64,000 nt of DNA from an uncultured Opitutaceae bacterium (GCA_964565475.1 CAZMFB010000011.1:12137-76136), one strand, 5' to 3'; counted from the stretch's first letter, positions 9,667-20,652 are shown. Numbers and translations: made by a program. The notes: a model not told the origin generated them from the letters alone.

Positions 9667-10493
9667 AACGACTCCAAGACCGCGTCCTCCTCATCACCGG
9701 CGCCAGCCGGGGCATCGGCCGCGCCATCGCGCTGGCGGCCGCGCGCGAGGGCGCGCACATCGTCATCGCCTCCAAGACGGCCGAGCCCCACGCCAAGCTG
9801 CCGGGCACCATCCACACCGTGGCCGACGAGGTGCGCGCGCTCGGCGTCCGCGCCCTGCCGCTGCAGGTGGACGTGCGCGAGGAGTTCCAGGTCAATGAGG
9901 CCCTGGCGGCCGTGCAGCGGGAATTCGGCCGCCTCGACGCGCTGATCAACAACGCCGGTGCCATCTCGCTGACCAACGTCGAGAACACGCCGGTGAAGCG
10001 CTTCGACCTCATGCAGCAGGTCAACGCCCGCGCCCTCTTCGTCTGCGCCAAGGCCGCCCTGCCGCTGCTGCGCCAGTCGCCCGCCGGGCACCTCATCAGC
10101 CTGTCGCCGCCGGTCAACCTGGCGGCGAAGTGGCTCGCGCCCTACGCGCCCTACACCCTGTCCAAGTATGGCATGACGCTGCTGGCGCTCGGCATGGCCG
10201 GCGAGTTCGCGCAGGCCAAGATCTCCGTCAGCACGCTCTGGCCGCGGACGACGATCGCGACCTCCGCCATCGAGTTCGCCGTGGGCGGGCCGGCCCTGCT
10301 GCCGCGCTGCCGGACGACGGACATCATGGCCGACGCGGCCCTGGAAGTCCTCGCGACCACCGACGGCTCGCTCAACGGCCGCTGCCTGCTCGACGAGGAC
10401 CTGCTGCGCACGCGCGGATGGACCGATTTCCGTCGCTACGCCGTGAATCCCGCGCACGCCGACACTCCGTTCCCCGACCTGTTCGTGGATTGA
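9663..10493 (+). CDS. SDR oxidoreductase, HSDL2-like
   Basis: ITGASRGIG, KTAEPHAKLPGTI, NNAGAI, YTLSKYGM, LWPRT; ATGA coupling to the upstream gene. Confidence 0.9.
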   Translation: MKRLQDRVLLITGASRGIGRAIALAAAREGAHIVIASKTAEPHAKLPGTIHTVADEVRALGVRALPLQVDVREEFQVNEALAAVQREFGRLDALINNAGAISLTNVENTPVKRFDLMQQVNARALFVCAKAALPLLRQSPAGHLISLSPPVNLAAKWLAPYAPYTLSKYGMTLLALGMAGEFAQAKISVSTLWPRTTIATSAIEFAVGGPALLPRCRTTDIMADAALEVLATTDGSLNGRCLLDEDLLRTRGWTDFRRYAVNPAHADTPFPDLFVD

Positions 10494-10505
10494 ACGGCAG
10501 CCGGG

Positions 10506-12401
10506 TCAGAGGATGCCGCCCTCGAGCCAGGTGTGCTCGTGGCGGGCGATCTGCTGGGCGAGGTCGTAGCCGTGCTCGTCGGCGTTGCGGCCGACCCCGT
10601 CGAAGTTCTGCCTGATGCGGATGTGCGCCTGCAGGGCGAAATCGTCGACCAGGGTGAAGACCTTTTCGCCTTCGGCGCCTTCGTTGAGCAGCTTCTGCGC
10701 GTAGGCGCACGAGGCCGCGAGGCCGAATAGGTCGGAGCCGATGTCGGCGATACGGCCGAGCAGGACCTGGCGCCCCTCCAGCTTGGGACCGAAGCGGACC
10801 ATCTGGTGGAAGAGGGTGCGGGCCAGGCGGCGCGCCCCGGCGGCGACGTCGTCGAGGTGGGTGGCGAGGCGGGGATGCATGTCCGCCGGGGCGCCGCCAT
10901 CGAAGGGCAGCCACTGGCGGGGATACCACAGCGCGTAGAAGGCGGCGGCCTGCAGGGCGCTCCGGATCCGCTCACCCCAGGGACGCTCGGTGTTGAGGGC
11001 GACGCCGGCGACCGTGAGGTGCGGGTCGAGCGCCTCGCGCATGATGAAGAGGCGCATGATCTCGGAGGAACCCTCGAAGATGGTGGTGACGCGCGCGTCG
11101 CGCATGAGGCGCTCGACGGGATAGGGCTTCTCGCCGCGGTTGCGCAGCGACTCCTCGGTCTCGTAGCCGCGGCCGCCGCGGATCTGCATGACGTCGTCGA
11201 GGCAAGTCCACGATTTCTCGGTGCCCCAAAGCTTGCACATGGCGGCCTCGAGGCGGATGTCGGCGTGCTTGTCGCGGTCGACCATGCGGGAGGTGACAAG
11301 GAGCATGGCCTCCATGGCGAAGGCGTGGGCGGCGATGCGGCGGATCTTCTCGGCGATGGCGGCGTGGCGGGCGATGGGCACGCCCCACTGGGTGCGGTCG
11401 GCGCTCCACTCGCGGGCGATCCGGAGGGAGCGCTTGGCGAGGCCGATGCTGGCGGCGGGGATGGAGAGGCGGCCGGCGTTGAGGGTGGAGAGGGCGACCT
11501 TGAGCCCGCGGCCCTCGCCGCCGACGATGTGGGCGCGGGGCACGCGGACGTTGGTGAAGCGGATGACGCCGTTGTAGAGGGCGCGGTGGCCCATGAACTG
11601 GCAGCGGTGCGCGACCTCGATGCCGGGCGAGTTCGCCTCGACCACGAAGGTGGTGATCTGGTCGCGCGCCTTGCCGCCGACCGTCTTCGGCGGGGTCTTG
11701 CAGGCCACGATCATGAGGCCGGCCTTGAGGCCGTTGGAGCACCAGAGTTTCTCGCCGTTGAGGATGAAGTCGTCGCCGTCCGGCTCGGCGCGGGTCGTCA
11801 TGCGCGCGGGGTCGGAGCCGACGCCACCCTCGGTGAGGGCGAAGGCGGAGAGCTCGCCGCCGGCGACGCGGGGGAGGAATTTCCGCTTCTGCTCCTCGGT
11901 GCCGAAGAGCATGAGCGGCTGCGGCACGCCGACGGACTGGTGGACGGAGAGGTGGGCGAAGATGTTGGAGCAGTAGCTGCCGATGAGCGTGCAGGCGCGG
12001 CAGTAGGTGGTCTGCGAGAAGCCGAGGCCGCCGTATTCGCGCGGCACCTTGATGCCGTAGGCGCCGAGCCGGGCAAGGCCGGCGCGGACGGCGTCGGGGA
12101 TTTCGCCGGTGGCGTCGATGGCGGCCGGGTCGACGTGCTCGCGCAAAAAGGCGCCGAGTTGGGCGAGGAACTGGTCCGCCCGCGCCTTCTCCCCGGGATC
12201 CACGTCGGTCAGGGGGTGGAGCTTGTCCGGCCGCCAGCGGCCCATGAACAGGTGGGCGACGAAGCTGAGGTCGTCGTGCGACTCGCGGGCCGCCTCGGTG
12301 ATCTCGAGCGCGGCGCGCTGCCCCTGGTTCATCTTCGACATGTCGATGACGGACCGGGTGTCCTCGGCGGGCTTGGGCTTCTCGGGTGCGGCGGTGGGCA
12401 T
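10506..12401 (-). CDS. Acyl-CoA dehydrogenase (long, VLCAD/ACAD9-like)
   Basis: AFALTEGGVGSD, LNGEKLWCSNG, QIRGGRGY, IFEGSSEI. Confidence 0.93.
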   Translation of the reverse strand: MPTAAPEKPKPAEDTRSVIDMSKMNQGQRAALEITEAARESHDDLSFVAHLFMGRWRPDKLHPLTDVDPGEKARADQFLAQLGAFLREHVDPAAIDATGEIPDAVRAGLARLGAYGIKVPREYGGLGFSQTTYCRACTLIGSYCSNIFAHLSVHQSVGVPQPLMLFGTEEQKRKFLPRVAGGELSAFALTEGGVGSDPARMTTRAEPDGDDFILNGEKLWCSNGLKAGLMIVACKTPPKTVGGKARDQITTFVVEANSPGIEVAHRCQFMGHRALYNGVIRFTNVRVPRAHIVGGEGRGLKVALSTLNAGRLSIPAASIGLAKRSLRIAREWSADRTQWGVPIARHAAIAEKIRRIAAHAFAMEAMLLVTSRMVDRDKHADIRLEAAMCKLWGTEKSWTCLDDVMQIRGGRGYETEESLRNRGEKPYPVERLMRDARVTTIFEGSSEIMRLFIMREALDPHLTVAGVALNTERPWGERIRSALQAAAFYALWYPRQWLPFDGGAPADMHPRLATHLDDVAAGARRLARTLFHQMVRFGPKLEGRQVLLGRIADIGSDLFGLAASCAYAQKLLNEGAEGEKVFTLVDDFALQAHIRIRQNFDGVGRNADEHGYDLAQQIARHEHTWLEGGIL

Positions 12402-12544
12402 GGCGGGCGGCCTTGTGTCATAGACCGCGCCCGCGTGCCGTCAACGGGTGCCGTGGGATATTAAGCGACGGCGCACCGCCGGGTCGCGGGCTAATGCCCG
12501 CCGGGACGGCGGGCAGGGCCAAGCGTGACGGTCCATGCGGACAG

Positions 12545-12572
12545 GCCCGCCTTCGCCAAGGCTACGGCGGGC
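12545..12572. repeat. REP-like hairpin with GTA/GAA internal loop, just past the GIY-YIG stop
   Basis: GCCCGCC TTC GCC AA GGC TAC GGCGGGC; core CCTTCGCCAAGGCTACGG identical to the copy at 17610-17635. Confidence 0.85.
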
Positions 12573-12578
12573 AGTATT

Positions 12579-12827
12579 CTATTTCGGCCAGAGTCGTTTG
12601 ACGGCAAAGGCCTTGCCGGAATGCGACTTCAGGTAGTGCTCAAAAGCCAAGGCCTGATGTTTGTCACTGAAGGCCAGATAGGTCTCCAGGCGCCAAGGGA
12701 TGAACTTCGAAGTATGCGGGACCAATCCGGCGTTGTGAAACGGTAGGCGCTTCCTCAAGTCACGGGTGTAGCCCACATAGGTTTGCTCAGGGCGGGTTTC
12801 GCTGCGGAGGAGGTAAACGTAGTGCAT
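12579..12827 (-). CDS. Stand-alone GIY-YIG nuclease family protein (82 aa)
   Basis: YVY..YVG motif pair, conserved R, HN, E and YLKS; lower GC than flanking genes. Confidence 0.9.
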   Translation of the reverse strand: MHYVYLLRSETRPEQTYVGYTRDLRKRLPFHNAGLVPHTSKFIPWRLETYLAFSDKHQALAFEHYLKSHSGKAFAVKRLWPK

Positions 12828-12835
12828 GACAAGTA

Positions 12836-12959
12836 GAGCCCGTGCTTCGCTCTACGAGCTTCGCAGGGCTCCATTCTTCGCTCGTAATTTTGGGAGCGAA
12901 ACAGAGCGTCACCTGATTGGCAATGGCAGCGCCATGCGTAGCCCCAAAGGGGCGAAGAA
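12836..12959 (-). repeat. Structured element abutting the tmRNA 3' end; homologous to 63510-63618
   Basis: Two internal-loop hairpins; 13-bp inverted repeat 12869-12881/12952-12964; GCGCCATGCGTAGC shared with the tRNA-Gly copy. Confidence 0.85.
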
Positions 12960-13309
12960 TGGAGGTGAGGGGAGTTGAACCCCTGTGCCCCGGGCCTTCA
13001 CGCACAGCATCTACCTATATAGCGTCGGTTTGGATCTCGCCTCGGGCGGCGCGTGGACGCGCGCTCCGCCTTCGGCCAGCCGTGGTTGAAGATACGGCGG
13101 CGGGGTCACGACGGCCCCCACCGCTATTCCTGCTGTCGACGTTCCCAGCCCCTAGCAGGAGTCAGAGTGGGAACGTGACCGCACTTAGGCGGCCATTAGC
13201 ATTTCTTCGTTGTTGCCATTTGTTTTTTCGAAGGGGGATTAACGAGAGGCCCCCGACTCTCGACAGGCAGCTGCGCGCTCCAACCAAGGGTCGAATCCGG
13301 AACACCCCC
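12960..13309 (-). ncRNA. ssrA: tmRNA; tag peptide (A)GNNEEMLMAA at 13217-13185; CCA not encoded
   Basis: 5' GGGGGTGTTCCGGATTCGAC, acceptor stem GGGGGTG/CACCTCC with G3-U, T arm GGTTCAACTCC, tag ORF ending AA-stop. Confidence 0.96.
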
Positions 13310-13362
13310 GAAAGGGATAAGTGACGGAGACCGGTGTGGGTGACACGCGGTCAAAGAACGGG

Positions 13363-13401
13363 CCCGTTCGACAAGCTCAGGATCCCGAGCCCGGTCGAGG
13401 G
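13363..13401. repeat. Palindromic REP-like element (TCGACAAGCTCAGG type)
   Basis: TCGACAAGCTCAGG-AT-CCCGAGCCCGGTCGA imperfect palindrome. Confidence 0.7.
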
Positions 13402-13457
13402 AGAGGCGGACGGTGGGCGGCCCCCGGCAAATTGCAAGGCCGGCGTTTCGAGGCCGC

Positions 13458-14768
<1,311 letters not shown>

Positions 14769-14879
14769 AAGAAAGCGCGCGGAGCGTGGGGGCCGGGTCC
14801 GCGGCCGGCAATGCCGCAGTTGCAGGTGGTCGAGGGTCGTTCCGCGAATCGACAGCTGCAGTTTGCGCAGGATTTCTTT

Positions 14880-15016
14880 ACCACGGATTTCGCGGATAAA
14901 GGCGGATGATTCGGATCAGAAGCTCGCTGCCCTCGCTTTGCCGGAAATTGAACCACTTATCTTCACTGATGGGCCCTGATTCAGGCATCAGTGTTCATCC
15001 GTGCAATCCGTGGCTA
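14880..15016. repeat. Inverted arrays of 9-10 bp units ending CGGAT
   Basis: CCACGGAT-TTCGCGGAT-AAAGGCGGAT-GATTCGGAT ... ATCAGTGTTC-ATCCGTGCA-ATCCGTGG. Confidence 0.75.
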
Positions 15017-15045
15017 AGAAGCGGTCTTTCGGAAACTGAATGACT

Positions 15046-15135
15046 CACAGAAGGACGCAAAGGTCGCGAAGGACTAAGCCGCGAAAGACAACAGAAGCAC
15101 TGAATCCGCTTTGCGATCTTGGCGGTCTTGGTGTG
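15046..15135. repeat. Inverted arrays of 9-bp units (CGCnAAG/CTTnGCG)
   Basis: CACAGAAGG-ACGCAAAGG-TCGCGAAGG ... CTTTGCGAT-CTTGGCGGT-CTTGGTGTG; related copy at 24478-24547. Confidence 0.75.
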
Positions 15136-15148
15136 AAGACGATGGCCG

Positions 15149-16456
15149 TCAGCGGTCGAGCGCGGCGCCGCGGTCCTCGTGCAGGAAGAAAAGACCGATG
15201 AGAAAGCTCAGCGCAGCGACTGCGATGGGATAGGCGAGGCCGGCATAGGGGTTGCCCGTGACCGCGACGAGCTTGGTGGCGACGTAGGGAGTGCAACCGC
15301 CGAGCACGCCGATGCCGAGGTGGTAGGGCAGCGACAGCGCGGTGTAGCGGATGCGCGTCGGGAACATCTCCACCAGCCACGCGGCCATCGGACCGTAGGT
15401 CATGGTGCCGAAGCTCATCTGGAGCAGGATGAGCGCGAAGAGCGCGGGCTTGTTCACCGGCGCGGCGTAGTGCGCGAGCCCGAGATAGATCGGATAGAAG
15501 GCCACGGCGCCGAGGAAGCTGCCAGCCAGCACGACGGGCTTGCGGCCGATGTGATCGGAGAGCCAGCCGAAGAACACGTAGAGCGGCAGCGTGGCCACGA
15601 GCGCCCAGGTGAAGAGCGAGTTGACGGTCACGAAATCCAGCCGGGCCGTGCGCTGCAGGAAGAGGGTCGCGTAGAAATGGCCGACATACCAGACGACGGC
15701 GTGGCCGGCGATGAAACCAAACATCGCCAGCAGGACTTTCCGCCGGTGCTCGGGCTGGAGGAAACTCTCGGCGAGCGGATTGGCGCTGAGCTGCCCGGCG
15801 GCCTTGGCGCGGGCGAAGAGCGGCGACTCGTCCATGCGCCGGCGGATCCAGTAGGAAAGCACGACCAGCACGGCCGACACGAGGAACGGCACGCGCCAGC
15901 CCCAGGCCTCAAAGGCGGATTTTCCCAGCAGGTTGCGGGTGACGAGCATGACGACGAGCGCGGCAATGAGGCCGAGGGTCGCCGTGGTTTGGAGCACGCC
16001 GGTGTAGAAGCCGCGGCGCGCGTCGGGCGTGTGCTCGGCCACGTAGGTGGCGGCGCCGCCGTATTCGCCGCCGATGGAGAGGCCTTGGATGAGCCGCAGC
16101 AGGATGAGGAGGGCGGGGGCGAGGATCCCCGCCTGCTGGTAGGTGGGCAGCAGGCCGATGGCAACGGTCGAGCCGCCCATGAGCACGAGCGTGACGAGGA
16201 AGGTATGTTTGCGGCCGACGAGGTCGCCGAGCCGGCCGAAGACGAGCGCCCCGAAGGGCCGCACGATGAAACCCGTGGCAAAGACGCCGAGCTGGTTCAG
16301 CAGCGCCGCCGTCTCGTTCTGGGCGGGGAAGAAATGTCCGGCCATGACGGTCGCCAGCAGCCCGAAGACGAAGAAGTCATACCACTCGATCATCGTGCCG
16401 GCCGACGCAGCCGCGATGATCTTCCAGAGGCCCTTGGGGGTGGAGGTGCCGGACAT
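15149..16456 (-). CDS. MFS transporter (MHS family), paralog of 13458-14768
   Basis: Same motifs; GGEYGGAATYVAEHTPD is identical in both. Confidence 0.93.
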   Translation of the reverse strand: MSGTSTPKGLWKIIAAASAGTMIEWYDFFVFGLLATVMAGHFFPAQNETAALLNQLGVFATGFIVRPFGALVFGRLGDLVGRKHTFLVTLVLMGGSTVAIGLLPTYQQAGILAPALLILLRLIQGLSIGGEYGGAATYVAEHTPDARRGFYTGVLQTTATLGLIAALVVMLVTRNLLGKSAFEAWGWRVPFLVSAVLVVLSYWIRRRMDESPLFARAKAAGQLSANPLAESFLQPEHRRKVLLAMFGFIAGHAVVWYVGHFYATLFLQRTARLDFVTVNSLFTWALVATLPLYVFFGWLSDHIGRKPVVLAGSFLGAVAFYPIYLGLAHYAAPVNKPALFALILLQMSFGTMTYGPMAAWLVEMFPTRIRYTALSLPYHLGIGVLGGCTPYVATKLVAVTGNPYAGLAYPIAVAALSFLIGLFFLHEDRGAALDR

Positions 16457-16495
16457 GCGCCAGACCGTGGGCGGTCCGGCATGGATTGGCGAGTG

Positions 16496-17419
16496 TCAGT
16501 TGACCGGGGGCGTGAAGGCGAAGGACTCGATCGTCATCGGCTCGTTGAGCCGGATGTTGCGGAGCTGCATGACCTGTTGCCCCGGTTGGCCGCCGGAAAT
16601 GAAATGCAGCTCGTAGCGCACGATCAGGCCGTTCGATGCGATGAAGATCCGGTGCGTGAAGGCCGATCTCCCGCCGCCCTCGACGTTGCCGTGCGGATAA
16701 TAATACGAGATGACCTGGCAGGCGACGCCTTCGAGCACGCACGGATCCTCGAGGCGGAAGTTCTGCGGGTAGCGGGTGAAATGATAGAGGTGGCTGATCC
16801 CGTCGTTGAAATTGAAGAAGGTCTGGAGCGCGATGCTGTCCCAGAGGCGGATATTGCCGCCGTCCTTTTTGGTGCGCTCGGTTTGAATCAGCCCGCCCGC
16901 CGCCAACCCGGAGGCCTGCCTGGCGGCGAGGGCCGGGTCGTGCGGACCGGGTTCGAAGAACGGCAGCTCGAAAACGTGATCGGTTTGGCGGGCGAATTGC
17001 GCCGCCTGCACATCGAGCCCGCCGGCGGAAGGATCGGCGGTCACGACCAATCCGATCGGGTTGGTCGTGGGCTGCCACTTGCGCTCGCGGTTGAAGTTCT
17101 TCGGCACGTAGGTGTAGGTCAGCTCGCCGTCGGAACCGATGACGTTGGGGAAGGCCGGTTCGGCCATGCGGGTGAAGATGAGGCGCGCGTAGTTGGGCTT
17201 CAGCAGCCGCGCGTGGCCTTCGACGACCTGTTTGCGCAGGTCGGAGTTCACGGTGTAGGTGAAGTCGGCCGACATGGTCTGCAACGCCGCGTAGGCGGCG
17301 CTCATCTGGGTGAAGATCTCGGCCACGGCCTTTTCGGTCTCGGGGTCGGCGCGGAGCAGCGATGTAGGCGAGCCGAAGAACAGAATCGCAACCAAGGCGG
17401 AGAGCGGGCGCGTTTTCAT
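16496..17419 (-). CDS. Secreted protein with a LolA/DUF2092-like N- and C-terminus
   Basis: Signal peptide; TMSADFTY...LLKPNYARL, SDG and C-terminal ESFAFTPP resemble LolA-fold proteins. Confidence 0.6.
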   Translation of the reverse strand: MKTRPLSALVAILFFGSPTSLLRADPETEKAVAEIFTQMSAAYAALQTMSADFTYTVNSDLRKQVVEGHARLLKPNYARLIFTRMAEPAFPNVIGSDGELTYTYVPKNFNRERKWQPTTNPIGLVVTADPSAGGLDVQAAQFARQTDHVFELPFFEPGPHDPALAARQASGLAAGGLIQTERTKKDGGNIRLWDSIALQTFFNFNDGISHLYHFTRYPQNFRLEDPCVLEGVACQVISYYYPHGNVEGGGRSAFTHRIFIASNGLIVRYELHFISGGQPGQQVMQLRNIRLNEPMTIESFAFTPPVN

Positions 17420-17493
17420 GGTCGGGTGAGATTTGCAATCCTGCCGATGGCGGAAGTTTCGCCGGCTTCAGCAGAGTTCGCAAGCCGTGATCC

Positions 17494-17523
17494 AAAACAA
17501 AAGGCGCGCTGACGGCGCGCCTT
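17494..17523 (-). terminator. Intrinsic terminator after the distal putA end copy
   Basis: AAGGCGCGC/GCGCGCCTT stem followed by TTGTTTT on the minus strand. Confidence 0.75.
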
Positions 17524-17546
17524 GATGGGATAGCTAGAGCGAAAGT

Positions 17547-17609
17547 TTACTCTTCGTCCGGCGGGGTGAAACCGCGACGTAGGGTATTTTCGGCGATGAG
17601 CCGCGGGAA
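17547..17609 (-). repeat. Second copy of the putA 3' end ([24 protein letters not shown]), synonymously diverged
   Basis: Encodes the same 20 aa plus TAA as 17653-17715; 16 nt differences in 63, all silent. Confidence 0.95.
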
Positions 17610-17635
17610 TCCTCCTTCGCCAAGGCTACGGAGGA
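17610..17635. repeat. REP-like GTA/GAA hairpin abutting the duplicated putA end
   Basis: TCCTCC TTC GCC AA GGC TAC GGAGGA; outer stem covaries with the 12545-12572 copy. Confidence 0.85.
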
Positions 17636-17652
17636 CGGGGCTAGTGCGAAAA

Positions 17653-20652
17653 TTATTCCTCGTCGGGGGGAGTAAAGCCCCTGCGTAGCGTATTTTCCGC
17701 AATGAGTCGTGGAAACAGGAAGTTCTCGAGGTATTCGCGGCCGCCGGCCTTGGTGCCGCCGCCGGACATCTTGAAGCCGCCGAACGGGTGGCGTTGCACG
17801 ATGGCGCCGGTGCAGCCGCGGTTGATGTAGAGGTTGCCGACGAGGAACTCCTGCCGCGCGCGCTCGATGGCCTTGGGACTGCGCGAGAAGAAGCCGCCGG
17901 TGAGGGCGTAGTCGTTGTCGTTGGCCCAGGCGAAGGCTTCGTCAAGGTCCTTGGCCTTGAGGATGGCGAGCACGGGGCCGAAGATTTCCTCGCGGACGAT
18001 CTTGTGGTCGGGCTTGCAGCCGGTGAACACGGCCGGGGGCACGTAGTAGCCGCCGCTGGCGACGAGCTCGGGGGACAGCGTGGCCTGCCACGCGAGCTTC
18101 GACTCCTTCTTGCCCGCCTCGATGTAGCCGAGGATGGATTTCTGCGCGGCCTCGTCGATGACGGGGTTGACGATGGTGCCGGGCAGCGAGGGATCGCCGA
18201 CGGGGATGGTCGGGCAGGCGGAGAGGAAGCGCTCGACGAAGTGGTCGTAGACGTCCTCGAGCACGATGAGGCGGGAGAGGGCGGAGCACTTCTGGCCGGC
18301 GAAGCCGAAGGCGCTGTAGAGCGCGGCGGGGATGGCCTCGTCGAGATCGGCGTCGTTGTCGATGATCATGGCGTTCTTGCCGCCCATCTCGCAGACGACC
18401 TTCTTGAGGTTGAGCTGGCCGGGCTTGGTCTGGCCGGCTTCCGCCCAGATGCCGAGGCCGACCTCGCGCGAGCCGGTGAAGGCGATGAAGTCCACCTTGG
18501 GGTGCGCGACGAGGTGCGCGCCGGCGTCGGCGCCGGAGCAGGGCAGGTAGTGCAACGCGCCCGCGGGCACGCCGGCGGCCACCATGATCTCCATCAGGTA
18601 GGCGCCGATGATGGAGGTCTGGCGCGCGGGCTTGATGATGACGCAATTGCCGGCGACGAGCGGGGCGACGGTGAGGCCGGTGAGGATCGCCAGCGGGAAA
18701 TTCCACGGCGCCACGGCGACGCCGACGCCGCGGGGCGTCCAGACCTGCACGCAGCTCTCGCCGGGCACGGCCTGCGTGACGACGGGCTTGGCCATGCGGC
18801 GCATCTCGACGGCGTAGAAGCGGAGGAAATCGATGGCCTCGGAGGTGTCGCCGTCGGCCTCGACCCAGGGCTTGCCGCCCTCGAGGATGAGGAGCGAATT
18901 GATCTCCAGGCGGCGCGACTCCATGAGGTCGGCGGCTCGCTCCAGGATCTTGGCGCGTTCGTCGACGGGTGTGACGCGCCATTTCGGGAAGAAGGCGACG
19001 GAGGCGGCGACGGCGTCCTCGGCGTCCTGCACGCTGCCCTTGGCCCAGTAACCGACGACCTGCTTCGGGCGGGCGGGATTGACGGAGGGCAGGAAGGGGC
19101 GGTCGGTGACTTTTTTGCCGTTGATGATGCAGGGCCATTTCTGGCCGAGCTTGGTGGTCTCGAAGTCCTTCAACGCGGCGCGCTGCTTCTCGCGGTTGGT
19201 GGCGAGGGTGTAGTCGGTATTGGCGGCGTTGACGAACGAGCCGGCGGGGCGCGGTTTGCGGGCGAGCGGCTCGGGAGCGGCGGCGATCTGGTCGACGGGG
19301 TTGCCGAGGAGGGCGGTGAGGCTGGCCTCGCCCATATTTTTGATGCGGAGGAAGCCTTCGTTGGAGGTGTTCTCGAGGAGGCGGCGGACGAGGTAGGCCA
19401 TGCCGGGCAACAATTCGCCGACGGGGCAATACTCGCGCACGCGGTGGCCCATCTGGAGGAGCGACAGCTTCAGCTCGTCGGCCATGCCGTAGAGGGCCTG
19501 GAACTCGTAGTGCTTCGGGTGGACGCCGAGGCGCTCGGCCTGCGCGATGGCATGGGCGCAGGAGCGGACGTTGTGCGAGGCGAAGTTGGGCGTGACGAGG
19601 TCGGCGTTCTCGAGGAGGAAGACGGTGAGCTTCTCGTAGTTGGCGTCGGACTCGGGCTTCTTCGACCAGACGGGGATGGGCCATTCCTTCTGCTGGGCGT
19701 TGACGGTCTCGTAATCCCAGTAGGCGCCCTTGACGAGGCGGACGTTGAGCGGGCGGTTGTGCTTCCGCGCCCAGGCGACGAGGTCGCGGAGGTCGGCCTC
19801 GCAGTCGCGCAGGTAGGCCTGCATGGCGATACCGATGGCGGGCTTCTGGCGGAATTCCTCCTCCTCGAAGATGGACTTGAAGAGCGCGAGCGTGAGGTCC
19901 TTCAGCTTGTAGCTCTCCATGTCGAAGTTGACGAGCGCGCCGACCTCGGCGGCCCGGCGGAGAATGGGGCGGAGGCGGAGCTTGAGGGCGTTGATGGAAT
20001 TCTCCGGGTCGGCCGGATGCACCTCGGGCGTGAGGGCGGAGATCTTGACGGAGAGGTTGAGGCGCGGCAGCGGGCCCTTGGGGCCGACGTCGGAGACGCA
20101 GGGCTCGGACTCCTTGGCGTAGAACTTCGAGACCGAGTCGAGGATCTCGAGGTTGCGCTTCAGGAAGACGTCGGCCTCGGCCTCGCTCACGACCGCCTCG
20201 CCGAGGAGGTCGATGGTGGTGGCGAGCCCGAGCTTCATGTTCCTCTTGATCTGCTTGAGCAGGTCCTCGCCGGTCTCGCCGGCGACGAACTGGCCGGCCA
20301 TGTCCACGATCTGGGCCTTGACCGGGCCGGCGACGAGCGCGGGCGCGAAGGACGAGGCGGCGAGGCCGGCCTTGAGGGCGGGGTTGAGCTCGACGGCCTT
20401 GTCACCTAGGTATTCCTGGAGATGGCGGACGATTTCGCCGGAGGAATTGAGCGAGGGGAGGACGTCGACGAAGCGGAAGAGCTGGGTCTTGAAGGCCGGA
20501 TCCTTCATCGACCAGTCCATGAGGCGGGCGTAGGCGCCCTTCTTGGAGAACAAGGCCGGGGGCGGCTGCTTGTCCATCAGGGCGAAGAGCTGTTCGCCCT
20601 TGGCGCGAACGGCGGCTTCGATCTTGGGGTCGGGGACGAGGAAGGTGGTCAT
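17653..20652 (-). CDS. putA: Bifunctional proline dehydrogenase/P5C dehydrogenase
   Basis: [66 protein letters not shown]. Confidence 0.96.
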   Translation of the reverse strand: MTTFLVPDPKIEAAVRAKGEQLFALMDKQPPPALFSKKGAYARLMDWSMKDPAFKTQLFRFVDVLPSLNSSGEIVRHLQEYLGDKAVELNPALKAGLAASSFAPALVAGPVKAQIVDMAGQFVAGETGEDLLKQIKRNMKLGLATTIDLLGEAVVSEAEADVFLKRNLEILDSVSKFYAKESEPCVSDVGPKGPLPRLNLSVKISALTPEVHPADPENSINALKLRLRPILRRAAEVGALVNFDMESYKLKDLTLALFKSIFEEEEFRQKPAIGIAMQAYLRDCEADLRDLVAWARKHNRPLNVRLVKGAYWDYETVNAQQKEWPIPVWSKKPESDANYEKLTVFLLENADLVTPNFASHNVRSCAHAIAQAERLGVHPKHYEFQALYGMADELKLSLLQMGHRVREYCPVGELLPGMAYLVRRLLENTSNEGFLRIKNMGEASLTALLGNPVDQIAAAPEPLARKPRPAGSFVNAANTDYTLATNREKQRAALKDFETTKLGQKWPCIINGKKVTDRPFLPSVNPARPKQVVGYWAKGSVQDAEDAVAASVAFFPKWRVTPVDERAKILERAADLMESRRLEINSLLILEGGKPWVEADGDTSEAIDFLRFYAVEMRRMAKPVVTQAVPGESCVQVWTPRGVGVAVAPWNFPLAILTGLTVAPLVAGNCVIIKPARQTSIIGAYLMEIMVAAGVPAGALHYLPCSGADAGAHLVAHPKVDFIAFTGSREVGLGIWAEAGQTKPGQLNLKKVVCEMGGKNAMIIDNDADLDEAIPAALYSAFGFAGQKCSALSRLIVLEDVYDHFVERFLSACPTIPVGDPSLPGTIVNPVIDEAAQKSILGYIEAGKKESKLAWQATLSPELVASGGYYVPPAVFTGCKPDHKIVREEIFGPVLAILKAKDLDEAFAWANDNDYALTGGFFSRSPKAIERARQEFLVGNLYINRGCTGAIVQRHPFGGFKMSGGGTKAGGREYLENFLFPRLIAENTLRRGFTPPDEE

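Noticed and set aside
12402..12960. Prophage or integrative island at ssrA
   Set aside because: No integrase and no direct repeat of the tmRNA 3' end was found.
14880..15135. CRISPR array or integron attC sites
   Set aside because: Units are 9-10 bp, degenerate and inverted, with no unique spacers, cas genes, intI or clear attC cores.
17547..17715. DGR template/variable repeat pair
   Set aside because: Differences are not adenine-specific, all are silent, and no reverse transcriptase is in the window.
17547..17945. 132-aa ORF or programmed frameshift giving PutA an alternative tail
   Set aside because: Upstream part is shadow-frame sequence typical of high GC and would replace conserved ALDH residues; no slippery site noticed.
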